A program made the translations under genes and the position numbers. Under the pieces are notes generated by a model. It worked only from the letters and a program-made list of their open reading frames with translations. It had not been told where the DNA came from and ran no database searches. DNA of 63,885 nucleotides, counting the filler, from Thermodesulfobacteriota bacterium (lineage in GTDB: Bacteria > DASVDK01): the NCBI GenBank assembly GCA_036381125.1. It is 7 parts of 7 records of this genome, joined end to end, with 100 filler letters (N's around TTAATTAATTAA, not from the genome) between each part and the next. Parts side by side here need not be neighbours in the genome. Positions count along the whole stretch, not along the records: positions 19,058 to 23,045 come from DASVDK010000002.1; positions 23,146 to 35,472 come from DASVDK010000003.1; 5 more parts are not named here. One strand, given 5' to 3'. Below, in pieces: positions 21,362-30,126 of the stretch (positions are counted from its first letter, which is position 1; each line of letters starts with the position of its first letter).

Positions 21362-21717
21362 CCGACGACGCCCGGACCCTCGTCGTCGCCGTGATCCTCG
21401 GCGAGCCCGTCCCCAAGGGCCGGCCGCGGCTCGGGCTCGGCCGCGTCTACACGCCCCGGGCGACGAGGCTTGCGGAAGAGGCCATCGGGTGGAACCTCAA
21501 GCTCGCGATGCGCGGCGGGCCGTTCCTGGGGGATGTGCGGGTCGCGCTCCGCTTCCGCGAGACGACACGGCGGGCCGACCTCGACAACCTGGTCAAGCTC
21601 GTGCTCGACGCCGCGAACGGCGTCGTGTGGCGCGACGATCGCCAGGTCGTGGCGCTCGACGCGGCCTTCGTCGACGACGGCGAGCCGCGCACGGAGGTGC
21701 GGGTATGGATCGCCTGA
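21358..21717 (+). CDS. rusA: RusA-family Holliday junction resolvase
   Basis: GEPVPKGRPR, DLDNLVKLVLDAANG..W.DD.QV. Confidence 0.92.
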   Translation: MTDDARTLVVAVILGEPVPKGRPRLGLGRVYTPRATRLAEEAIGWNLKLAMRGGPFLGDVRVALRFRETTRRADLDNLVKLVLDAANGVVWRDDRQVVALDAAFVDDGEPRTEVRVWIA

Positions 21718-21763
21718 CGCGCGTCGGGGCGCTGGCGGCCCAGCCGGGCCAGCGGAGGCGGGG

Positions 21764-22399
21764 GTGAAGCCCTACTACGAGCACGCGGGCATCACGATCT
21801 ACCACGGGGACTGCCGGGAGGTGCTGCCGCAGCTGCCCGACGTGGACGTGGTGATTACGGACCCGCCCTACAGTTCGGGACGGACCGAGATGGAGTTCGC
21901 CGCCACGGGCAACATCGCCGTGGCGCTCCATCTGGCGAGCGAGAAGGCCAAGACCATGCTTGTGTTCGGCACGTCGAGTGGACGGGGCTATGAGTTCATC
22001 CGATCGAGCATTCGCCGCCTACCGCACTGTCGGACGCTCGCATGGCATCGGTCGTTCGTCAACAGCCCTGCGGCCGGGCCGTGGCGATGGGACCTCGTGC
22101 TGGTCCACGTCTTCGGCCGAGGCGCCTTCGGACGGCCCGAGCACAGTAGCCTCATGCAAACCAACGGCACGGCGGCGCTCGCCAACGAGGTCGAGCATCG
22201 GGCTCCGGTTCCGGTCGGCGTAATGACGTGGCTCTATCGTCCCTTCGCGCCCGGCATGCTGCTTGACCCCTTCTGCGGTTCTGGGGCCTCGCTCTTGGCC
22301 GCCAAGCTCCTCTCGGGCCGCGCCATCGGCATCGAGATCGAGGAGCGCTACTGCGAGATCGCGGCGAAGCGGCTCGCGCAAGAGGTGCTGCCGCTATGA
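21764..22399 (+). CDS. second, compact phage DNA methyltransferase (beta class)
   Basis: YHGDCREVL, ITDPPY, LDPFCGSG, GIEIEERYCEIAAKRL. Confidence 0.88.
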   Translation: MKPYYEHAGITIYHGDCREVLPQLPDVDVVITDPPYSSGRTEMEFAATGNIAVALHLASEKAKTMLVFGTSSGRGYEFIRSSIRRLPHCRTLAWHRSFVNSPAAGPWRWDLVLVHVFGRGAFGRPEHSSLMQTNGTAALANEVEHRAPVPVGVMTWLYRPFAPGMLLDPFCGSGASLLAAKLLSGRAIGIEIEERYCEIAAKRLAQEVLPL

Positions 22400-22722
22400 C
22401 TCAGCTCGTCCTCGACGTCCGCGCCGCGCGCACGTCGGACCCGGTGACCTCGCACGTGGCCGCCCGCGCCATCACGGCGAGCGGCGCGCGGCAGACGCAG
22501 GCCGACCAGGTGCTGGCCCTCGTGCGCCTCTTTCCCGACCAGACGGCGGGGGAGCTGGCCGCGCATAGTGCTCGGATGGACGACGTGCCGCTCGATTCGG
22601 TCCAGGTGACGCGCCGACTCGGCGATCTCGAGCGGGCGGGGCTCGTCACGAAGACGGGCCGGCGGCACTGCTCGATCCACGGGCGGCTCATGAGCACGTG
22701 GCGGGTAAGGGAGGGCACGTAG
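22396..22722 (+). CDS. phage winged-helix DNA-binding protein
   Basis: ARTSDPVTSHVAA leader, TAGELA...RRLGDLERAGLV. Confidence 0.75.
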   Translation: MTQLVLDVRAARTSDPVTSHVAARAITASGARQTQADQVLALVRLFPDQTAGELAAHSARMDDVPLDSVQVTRRLGDLERAGLVTKTGRRHCSIHGRLMSTWRVREGT

Positions 22723-22926
22723 ATGCCGAGGAAGCCGAGCCATCAGGACCGACTCGTAGCGGCAGAGGCGTCGAACGTCGTGTCGCTCATCCAGCAGAAG
22801 AATCCGCACCTGCGGTATCCGCGGGGGTTCCTGGACGAGGTCGAGAGTATCGCGCGCAGCTTCATGACGCGCCTCTACGCCCGCGCCTATCGTCGCGGCT
22901 ACGACCGGGGGCGGCGCCATGCCTGA
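22723..22926 (+). CDS. hypothetical phage protein
   Basis: abuts the previous stop; overlaps the next start. Confidence 0.55.
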   Translation: MPRKPSHQDRLVAAEASNVVSLIQQKNPHLRYPRGFLDEVESIARSFMTRLYARAYRRGYDRGRRHA

Positions 22927-23045
22927 CCAGGCCGACGCCCGCGCGCAGGCCGAGGCGCTCGTGGACGACTACGAGCGCGTGATCTCCGACGCGGTGCTCG
23001 AGCGCGAGTACCTGATCGAGGCGATCCTCGCCTACGGCACCGCCC
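22919..23045 (+). CDS. hypothetical phage protein (3' truncated)
   Basis: coupled ORF running into the linker. Confidence 0.45.
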
Positions 23046-23145
23046 NNNNNNNNNNNNNNNNNNNNNNNNNNNNNNNNNNNNNNNNNNNNTTAATTAATTA
23101 ANNNNNNNNNNNNNNNNNNNNNNNNNNNNNNNNNNNNNNNNNNNN
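23046..23145. other. artificial contig linker
   Basis: N-run with TTAATTAATTAA. Confidence 0.98.
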
Positions 23146-24091
23146 GCCACCGGTCGCCGGCCGGATAGGTGAAGTGGTAATTCGCGTGGACGCCGGCGAG
23201 GACCCCCTCCGGGTGGTCCCTGCCGATCGCGTGCGGGGCCACCGCCATCGCGATCATGCTCGCGAACTTCATCCTCTTGAACAGGCCGTAGCCGAGCGCC
23301 TGCTTGTACATGGCCACGTAGTCGCCGCCCCAGACGGACGAGACGAGGAGGTCCGGCTTGGCCGACATGGCCTTGGTGATGTGCGACGTGAAGTCGGTCG
23401 TCCCGAGCTTGGGCCACCCCTCGGACACGACCGTCGTGCCCGGCAGGAGCTTGTTGATGGCGACCGTGAAGTGGTCGAAGGCGTTGCGCCCGTAGGAGTA
23501 GTCGGGGTGGATGTGGGCGATCCGGCGCACCTCCGGGTACGCCATCGCCGCGCCGACCGCGCACATGACGCCGTCGGCCGACTGGATGTTCGTGATGCGG
23601 AAGATGTAGTGCGGGTCCGGCACCGCCTTGTCGAAGAGGAAGTCGGTGCAGCCATCGGTGAAGATGGTGAGCACCTTCAGCTCCTCGGCCACGGGGCCGA
23701 GCGCCGGCGTGTTGCCGCTCGAGGTGATGCCACAGAAGTGATCGATCTGCTCGGAGAGCTTCATCCGGCGCAGCTCGCGGACGTTCGCGTCGGTGCCGGC
23801 CGCCTCGTCGGCCTTGATGACCTCGATCTTCCGCTTGCCGAGGAGCCCGCCCTTGGCGTTGATCTCGTCGACGGCCAGCATGAGCCCCTTGTACATCGGC
23901 TCGCCGAGCACCGCGGCGGGGCCCGTGAAGAAGGTCATGTGGCCGATCTTGTACGGTCGATCGGGGATCTTGCCCTTCGGCGGCTCCTGGGCGTGGGCCG
24001 GCTTCGCGCCGACGAAGCCGGCGCCGATCGCGGAGCTGCCCATGGTGACGCCAAGAGCCGTGAGAAAGTCGCGTCGCTTGATCGAGATCAT
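23146..24091 (-). CDS. ABC transporter substrate-binding protein (Liv/HAAT type, Tat signal), 3' truncated
   Basis: KRRDFL Tat motif; IGH..F.TGP.A..G, EINAKGG, DYSYGR, TTDFT. Confidence 0.9.
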
Positions 24092-24318
24092 GCCCCGCCT
24101 CCCGGCTGTCGCAGGAAGGCGGTCCATCCATGGTGAGCGGCCGGCTCTCGCCGACCTGACGATCGTGCGGGACCGCCAAGACCGCGGCATTGCCAGCGGT
24201 CGCCGGCCCTGGAGCGGCGACCTGCCGCGCGGGCCGGGCGAGCTAAAACGATGTTCAAAGAGCGTAGTGCCCCGAGAGAGTGGCTGTCAAGCGCGCGCCG
24301 CGGGCGTACAATCGAAAT

Positions 24319-24993
24319 ATGCCGCAGGCCCTCCTGGGCATCCGCCGCGCCGTCGGCGCGCGTCCCGGGCTCTTCGGCGGCGTAGCGCTCGCCGTCCTGG
24401 CGCTCGACCTCGTCCTGCCGATCGCCGTCCTCTCGCTGGTCCGCAAGCCCTGGGACTACGCGGCGTTCAACGCGTGGCTGCCGAACCTCCCCGGCTACCT
24501 CGTCAACTCCGAGGTGCCGCTCGGTCGCAGGCTCGACTTCCTCTGGGACCTCGCGCTCGTCTGGTTCGTGGCCGACGGCCAGTACGGCGCGCCCGAGTGG
24601 GGCTTCTCGGTCTCCGTGGGGGACCTCGTGCGCATCGGCGCGACCGGTCTCCTCTTCGGCGCGTTCTTCGCCCTCTGGGCCCACGGCCGCGACCTCGCGC
24701 GAGCGGGCGCCTGCCCGGCGCGCGGCTGGCGCGCCGGCGGCGCGGCGGGCGCGGTCGGCAGCGTCCTCGGCCTCTCGAGCGCGCCCTGCGGCGTGGTGGG
24801 ATGCGGCGCGCCGGTGTTGCCGGTGCTGGGGCTCGCGTTCGAGGGGCTCTCGAGCGGCACGCTCGCCCTGCTCGCGGGCGTGTCGCGCTGGACGACCGCG
24901 GCCGTGATGCTGGCCGTCATCTGGGGGGTGCTCCACCTCGGCCGGCGCGTCGGCGCCGCGGAGGCCGTCCACGCCGCGGCGCGCGTCGGCTAG
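24319..24993 (+). CDS. hypothetical membrane protein with Cys motif
   Basis: 3-4 hydrophobic segments; PCGVVGCGAP; TACAAT 6 nt upstream of ATG. Confidence 0.75.
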   Translation: MPQALLGIRRAVGARPGLFGGVALAVLALDLVLPIAVLSLVRKPWDYAAFNAWLPNLPGYLVNSEVPLGRRLDFLWDLALVWFVADGQYGAPEWGFSVSVGDLVRIGATGLLFGAFFALWAHGRDLARAGACPARGWRAGGAAGAVGSVLGLSSAPCGVVGCGAPVLPVLGLAFEGLSSGTLALLAGVSRWTTAAVMLAVIWGVLHLGRRVGAAEAVHAAARVG

Positions 24994-25628
24994 CGCTGCC
25001 CGCAGAGAGCCAGCCCGGCGGCCGGCATGCGCGCCTCGAGGACGACGCCGGCCTCCGCCTCGGTGATCCAGAGGCTGCGGCGATCGGGCCCGCCGAAGGC
25101 GACGTTGCTCGTGCCGAGGCCGGCGGCGGAGCGGATGCGGGCGACCGTGTCGCCGAGCAGCAGCTCGAGGTCCCCCCCGGCGCGCAGCCGGAAGAGCCGC
25201 CCGTGCGGGTCGCGCAGGTCCGCCTCGCCCGGATCGGTGAAGTAGAGGTCGCCGTTCCTCGCGAAGACGAGGTCGTTCGGCGCCCGGAAGGGCTCCCCCC
25301 GGTAGCGGTCGACCAGCGTGGTGACCTCGCCCGTCCGCGGGTCGACCGCCGCGATCCCTCGGCGGTGGCAGGCGACGACGAGGCGGCCGTCCGCGTGTAC
25401 CTTGAGGCCGTTCGGCACGCCGCCGTAGTCGCTCACGACCTCCACGCGGCCGTCCCTCACGCGGAGGATCCGGCCGTTGTGGAGGTCGGTGCAATGGAAG
25501 ACCCCGCGGCGGTCGAAGGCCGGCCCCTCGAGGAAGCTGTCGCGCTCGCCCGCGCCGCCGTCGAAGGCCGCGCGTCGCCGGAGCGAGTCGGGCAGGCGCG
25601 CGACGACGCGCGTGTCGATCGTCTCCAC
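24990..25628 (-). CDS. SMP-30/gluconolactonase family protein, apparently internally deleted
   Basis: FLEGPAFD, PNGL, PNDL...LYFTDP, TSNVAFGG; only 212 aa and lacks the second PNG and PDG blades. Confidence 0.75.
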   Translation of the reverse strand: METIDTRVVARLPDSLRRRAAFDGGAGERDSFLEGPAFDRRGVFHCTDLHNGRILRVRDGRVEVVSDYGGVPNGLKVHADGRLVVACHRRGIAAVDPRTGEVTTLVDRYRGEPFRAPNDLVFARNGDLYFTDPGEADLRDPHGRLFRLRAGGDLELLLGDTVARIRSAAGLGTSNVAFGGPDRRSLWITEAEAGVVLEARMPAAGLALCGQR

Positions 25629-25630
25629 CC

Positions 25631-27064
25631 TCAGCCTCGCACGCGCGCCAGCGCCTCGTACACCGCCCCCGGATGCGGATGGGGCGGCCAGGCGAGCACG
25701 CCCACGGCGTCGGCGACGTACTCGGGGGCGCGCATGCCGGCGAGCACGGCGGTGACGCCGGACGTGCTGGCGACGACCCAGATCGCCTTGCGCGAGAGCG
25801 ACTCGGCGCGCCGGTCCGGCGGCAGGTGGCGGTCGACCAGGGTGCGCACCGCCTCGGACGCGGCGCGGCTCTTCAGGGCCGCCTCGCGCCGCATCGCCTC
25901 GAGGTAGCGCGCCAGCTCCGGCACGTAGCGGCCCCGCCAGCTCCGCCACCGCTCGCCCACCTCGCCCGCGAGCGCGCCGTCGAGGACCCGCACGACCTGG
26001 TTCATGGCCGGGATCACCATCCGCGTCTCGACGTGGCGCCAGTGCTCGAGCGTCTTGACGCGGCCCGACACGCCCGCCAGCTCGTCGGACCACCGGAAGA
26101 AGTCCGACGGGCTGACGCTGCCGGGCCCGACCTCGATCTCGGGGGCGAGGTCGCGCTGGAACTCCGCCTCGAGCGCGGCCAGGACGATGCGCTGCGCGTC
26201 GAGGCCGACGACCGGAGCCGGCACCTCGACGTCCGCGAGCCGCAGGAGGCCTCCAGGGCCGATGGCGTTGAGCGGGCGGTTCGCGAGCACGGCGATCCCC
26301 TCGCGCATGGCGAGGTCGAGCACCGTGAGCCCCTCCTCCCGGCGCTCGAGCGCGACGGCCGGCTCGAGGAGGTTCATCGGCGCCTGCAGGACGCGGAAGC
26401 GGTGCCGCTCGCCGCCCGCCTCGCGCGCCGCGACCAACATGTCGGCGAGCGAGGTCGCCTCGGGGTCGGAGGTCGGCCGCGCGACGGTGTTGGACGAGAC
26501 GCCGTAGGCGCCGATCCGGCCCGCGTCCACCTGCGTCTCCAGATACCGGAAGGCCTCGCGCAGGCGCCGGTGGAACGCCTCGCGCGTCGCCGCGAGCGCG
26601 GCCGGGGTGGCCGAGCGGCCGCGGCGCGCCGCGTCCATGAGGAAGGACTCCGGGTTGTGGAGCAGGCAGACGTCGAGCGTCTCGAGATCGAGCCGCTCGA
26701 GCGAGCGCGAGAGCTGGTCGTCGAGGAGATCGAACCCGATCTTCGAGACGACCACGACCGCGTCGCGGGGGACGCGGCCCGACCGCGCCAGGTCGCCGAC
26801 GACCGCACCGACGAGTCGCTCGGCCGCGCCGTCGGTGTAGTTCGTGGAGGTGTCGATCAGGTTGACGCCCGACTCGAGCGCGCGCTCCAGGGCAGCACGG
26901 TGGGCAGGCGTCCGGTCGTCCACACGGTAGGTGCCGAAGCCGAGCCGGCTCACGGTGAGGCCGGTCACGCCGAGCGGCGTGAAGGCGGCGGCCGGGAGGC
27001 GGCCGGCGAGCCGGGTGGCATACGCGGCGGTGGCGGCGGGCGTGGCCCGTCCGGCGATGGACAT
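25631..27064 (-). CDS. aldo/keto reductase family protein with large helical insertion
   Basis: LGFGTYR, NLIDTS.NY, SKIG, SLERL...LLHNPE, GVSSN, NRPL. Confidence 0.85.
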   Translation of the reverse strand: MSIAGRATPAATAAYATRLAGRLPAAAFTPLGVTGLTVSRLGFGTYRVDDRTPAHRAALERALESGVNLIDTSTNYTDGAAERLVGAVVGDLARSGRVPRDAVVVVSKIGFDLLDDQLSRSLERLDLETLDVCLLHNPESFLMDAARRGRSATPAALAATREAFHRRLREAFRYLETQVDAGRIGAYGVSSNTVARPTSDPEATSLADMLVAAREAGGERHRFRVLQAPMNLLEPAVALERREEGLTVLDLAMREGIAVLANRPLNAIGPGGLLRLADVEVPAPVVGLDAQRIVLAALEAEFQRDLAPEIEVGPGSVSPSDFFRWSDELAGVSGRVKTLEHWRHVETRMVIPAMNQVVRVLDGALAGEVGERWRSWRGRYVPELARYLEAMRREAALKSRAASEAVRTLVDRHLPPDRRAESLSRKAIWVVASTSGVTAVLAGMRAPEYVADAVGVLAWPPHPHPGAVYEALARVRG

Positions 27065-27203
27065 GGCTCATCGTAGCCGGGGGTGCCCCGACCGCGCCAG
27101 GGGACCCGGTCGGCTCCGGTGCCTGCGTGCCGCCCACGGACCGGCGTCACGGCGCTCGGGGCTCTGGCCCGGCCCCGCTCACGCGGGGCGCAGCCGCTAC
27201 GCG

Positions 27204-27617
27204 TTAGCGCGCGCCGAGGATGCGGCCCGCCGCTCGTGTGTCCTCGGGACGGACCCAGAGGATCGCGCCGAAGCGTCCCCTGCCCGCGGTCGCCGCATCG
27301 ACGGCCACGACGTTGATGGCCGCCTCGGCGAGCTTGCCGAGCACCCGCGCGAGCGCACCCGGCCGATCGTCGCCGCTGATCAGGAAGGCGCGCTTGGGCC
27401 CCACGAGCCGCCACTTCTCGCGGCGCGCCAGGGCGCGGAAGGCGCGCGGATCGACCGGCACGAAGTCGAGCTGCCCGCCGCGTCCCTCGGGGAACCCCGA
27501 GAAGGCGAGGAGATCGATTCCCTCGCGCTGCAGAGCGGCCAGGTGGCGGGCGGCCTCGCCGGGGCGATCCGGAACGAGGACGTAGAAGTAGTCGACGCGG
27601 CGGACGGTGGTGGCCAT
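27204..27617 (-). CDS. tandem ACT-domain protein
   Basis: VPDRPGEA..L..L...GIDL and GDDRPGALA..L..LAEA.IN. Confidence 0.8.
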   Translation of the reverse strand: MATTVRRVDYFYVLVPDRPGEAARHLAALQREGIDLLAFSGFPEGRGGQLDFVPVDPRAFRALARREKWRLVGPKRAFLISGDDRPGALARVLGKLAEAAINVVAVDAATAGRGRFGAILWVRPEDTRAAGRILGAR

Positions 27618-27673
27618 GCCCCAGTAGACTCCCGAAGCGGCAGCCGCGTCAAGCGCGGTGTAGACTCGTGCGC

Positions 27674-28072
27674 ATGACCGCACCGCTCGAGGTCGGCGCC
27701 CGCGCCGAGATCACCAGGACGCTGACCGACGCCGACATCCGGAAGTTCGCCGAGGCGACCGGCGACACGAACCCCGTCCACCTCGACGAGGCCTACGCGA
27801 AGGGCACCGTCTTCGGCGGCCGCATCGCGCACGGCCTCCTCACGGCCGGCCTCGTGTCGGCCGTGCTGGCCAACCGGTTGCCCGGGCCCGGCACCGTGTA
27901 CCTGTCGCAGACGCTCGAGTTCAAGGCCCCCGTCCGGCCGGGCGACACGGTGACGGCCGAGGTGGAGGTGCTCGAGGTGACGGGGCGGCGCGCGCGCCTC
28001 GCCACCCGTTGCCGGCTCGCCGACGGCACGGTGGTGCTGACCGGCGAGGCCGTCGTGAGGCCGCCCCGATGA
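27674..28072 (+). CDS. MaoC/PhaJ-like (R)-enoyl-CoA hydratase
   Basis: TGD.NPVHLD..YA...FGGRIAHG, LPGPG..YLSQ.L.F.APV. Confidence 0.92.
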   Translation: MTAPLEVGARAEITRTLTDADIRKFAEATGDTNPVHLDEAYAKGTVFGGRIAHGLLTAGLVSAVLANRLPGPGTVYLSQTLEFKAPVRPGDTVTAEVEVLEVTGRRARLATRCRLADGTVVLTGEAVVRPPR

Positions 28073-28509
28073 CCCCGTCGATCCAGGTGACGTTCGACTG
28101 CGCCGATCCCGACCGGCTCGCCCGCTTCTGGGCCGACGTGCTCGGCTACCAGGTGCAGCCGCCGCCGCCCGGCTTCGCCTCCTGGCCCGAGTTCCTCGCG
28201 GCCAGGGGGATCCCCGAACACGAGCAGCCCGTGGCGAGCGCCATCGTCGATCCGGTCGGCGCCGGACCGCGGCTCTTCTTCCAGAAGGTGCCGGAGGGGA
28301 AGCGCGCGAAGAACCGGGTTCACCTCGACGTGAACGTCGGCGGCGGGCATGCCGCGCCGCTTGCCGAGCGGCGCGTCCGCGTGGACACCGCGGTGGAGCG
28401 CCTCGTGAAGGCCGGCGCCGCACGGCTGCACGCCCACGAGGACCCGCGGCTCGGCGAGTACTGGGTCGTCATGCAGGATCCGGAGGGCAACGAGTTCTGC
28501 CTCCAGTGA
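28069..28509 (+). CDS. VOC/glyoxalase family protein
   Basis: FDCADP..LA.FW...LGY, FQKVPE.K..KNRVHLD, DPEGNEFC. Confidence 0.92.
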   Translation: MTPSIQVTFDCADPDRLARFWADVLGYQVQPPPPGFASWPEFLAARGIPEHEQPVASAIVDPVGAGPRLFFQKVPEGKRAKNRVHLDVNVGGGHAAPLAERRVRVDTAVERLVKAGAARLHAHEDPRLGEYWVVMQDPEGNEFCLQ

Positions 28510-28521
28510 ACCGCCACGACC

Positions 28522-28597
28522 GGGGTCAGGCCTCTACGCGTTCCCAACTGGAAAACGGAAAGGCCTGACCCCGCGGAAAATGGAAAGACCTGACCCC
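28522..28597. repeat. REP-like element: hairpin plus one extra right arm
   Basis: GGGGTCAGGCCT..TTCC-caact-GGAA..AGGCCTGACCCC, then GGAAAATGGAAAGACCTGACCCC (identical to 430-452). Confidence 0.85.
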
Positions 28598-28604
28598 CAG
28601 GCGG

Positions 28605-30056
28605 CTAGTCCACGAGGACGAGGGCCTCGGCGTTGCGGATGGTGACGGTGGAGGTGGGATCCGAGAGCGTCCCGTCCTCGCGGAGGATCCGCATCTCCCG
28701 CGGCAGCGAGACGGTGGCGGCCGACGCGTCACCCCAGTTCGTGCACTCCGAAGAGTCCTTGGTCCGGACGAGGACGAGCCCGTTCGTGTAGCGGCGCGAG
28801 AAGACCTCGTACCGGCACGTCCTCGACCCGTCGGCGTACGAGCCGCGCTCGAGGACCTCGACCTCGCCGTCCGGCGAGCCGAACCCGATCTCGTAGGCCG
28901 GCAGCCACTCCTCCGTGAAGGCGAGCGGATCGGACGACCCGGGCCTCACGCAGAGGCCGGGGTTGAAGTAGATCGTGCCGGGGCTCCCCTCCGGCTCGCG
29001 CACGAGGTAGTAGCTCGCAAGCCGCCACATCCGGTAGCGCGCCGCGGCCGAGCCGTAGTTGCCCGCGTCGTAGCCCGACGGTCCCTCGTAGCAGAGGGTC
29101 CCCGAGAGGTCGGCCGTGCCGCCGACGGCCGCAAGCTCCTTCATGAGCTCGATGAACCGCTCGTACTGGTCGCTGCCGCCGTCGAACTGGTCGGGCCGAT
29201 GGAGGAACTCCGTGAAGGCGCCGCGGGTCGCCATGACCTGGTCGATCATGGGCTCGTTGAGGAGCCAGCCGGCCGCGTTCACGAGCACGACCTTCCCCGC
29301 CTCGGCGGCGCGAGCGCGCAGCACCGTGAGCCAGCTCGTCACCATCGGCTGATAGATCTCGCTCGCCGCGGCGCCCGGCCGCCGGCCGTCGAGCTCGCGG
29401 ACGCCGCCCCCGGATACGGCGAAGGTCTGCCTGTCCCAGTACCAGTTGCCGCTGATGCTCGAGGCGTGCTCGTCGAGGAGCAGGCCGTCCTGATCGCTCG
29501 AGAGGCTCTCCACGAGCCGGTCGGCCTGCCAGGCCTGGAAGCCGGGGTCGTTGACGTTGAAGGCCCACCGGGCGTCGTCCCACATCCAGAGCTGCACGCG
29601 GCAGTCCTTCCTCACGGGCTGTGACGGCGGGCAGCCGGGGATCGTGACGGTATCCACGGTCTCCCCGTCGAGGCCGACGAACCTGAGCGTCGTCGTCTCC
29701 GAGAAGTGCATGTAGTACGACTCGGGAAGGTCGGCCGCCTCCTCGTCGACCTCGTTCGTGCTCACGCAACCGACGTGCTGGCAGGCGGTGAGGTCGATCC
29801 GGTACGCGAAGGTCCGGATCGCCTCGTTCCGGGAGGTCATCTCCGAGGCGAAGCGCGGTCCGTTGGCCTCCATCGCGTCGACGTGGGTCGCGTACCAGTC
29901 CCAGGCCGCCTCGCGCGCGTCCGGATCGGGGACGTACTCGATGCCGCGTCCGAGGTCGAGCACGCGGATGTGGGACCAGGCGGCGGCCGCCCGAGGTGGA
30001 GACGCGGCATGCAGCGCGCAGACGAGGACGACGAGGAGGGCGAGTCGTGCGAGCAT
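28605..30056 (-). CDS. secreted putative glycoside hydrolase-like protein
   Basis: signal peptide; DGLLLDE, VLVN, FTE; C-terminal VFSRRYTNGLVLV...VTIRNAEALVL as in GHL15-type proteins. Confidence 0.55.
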   Translation of the reverse strand: MLARLALLVVLVCALHAASPPRAAAAWSHIRVLDLGRGIEYVPDPDAREAAWDWYATHVDAMEANGPRFASEMTSRNEAIRTFAYRIDLTACQHVGCVSTNEVDEEAADLPESYYMHFSETTTLRFVGLDGETVDTVTIPGCPPSQPVRKDCRVQLWMWDDARWAFNVNDPGFQAWQADRLVESLSSDQDGLLLDEHASSISGNWYWDRQTFAVSGGGVRELDGRRPGAAASEIYQPMVTSWLTVLRARAAEAGKVVLVNAAGWLLNEPMIDQVMATRGAFTEFLHRPDQFDGGSDQYERFIELMKELAAVGGTADLSGTLCYEGPSGYDAGNYGSAAARYRMWRLASYYLVREPEGSPGTIYFNPGLCVRPGSSDPLAFTEEWLPAYEIGFGSPDGEVEVLERGSYADGSRTCRYEVFSRRYTNGLVLVRTKDSSECTNWGDASAATVSLPREMRILREDGTLSDPTSTVTIRNAEALVLVD

Positions 30057-30126
30057 GAGAACCCCCTTTCTCCCGGCGCCGCACCGCGCCGAGGAGAGGC
30101 AGTATCTCATCGCACGGCCGGGTGAC

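Larger units (their letters stand above)
19058..23045 (+). mobile_element. prophage fragment (replication/nin-like region)
   Basis: tightly coupled small ORFs, two orphan DNA methyltransferases, rusA and a phage-type winged-helix gene; no host housekeeping genes. Confidence 0.8.
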
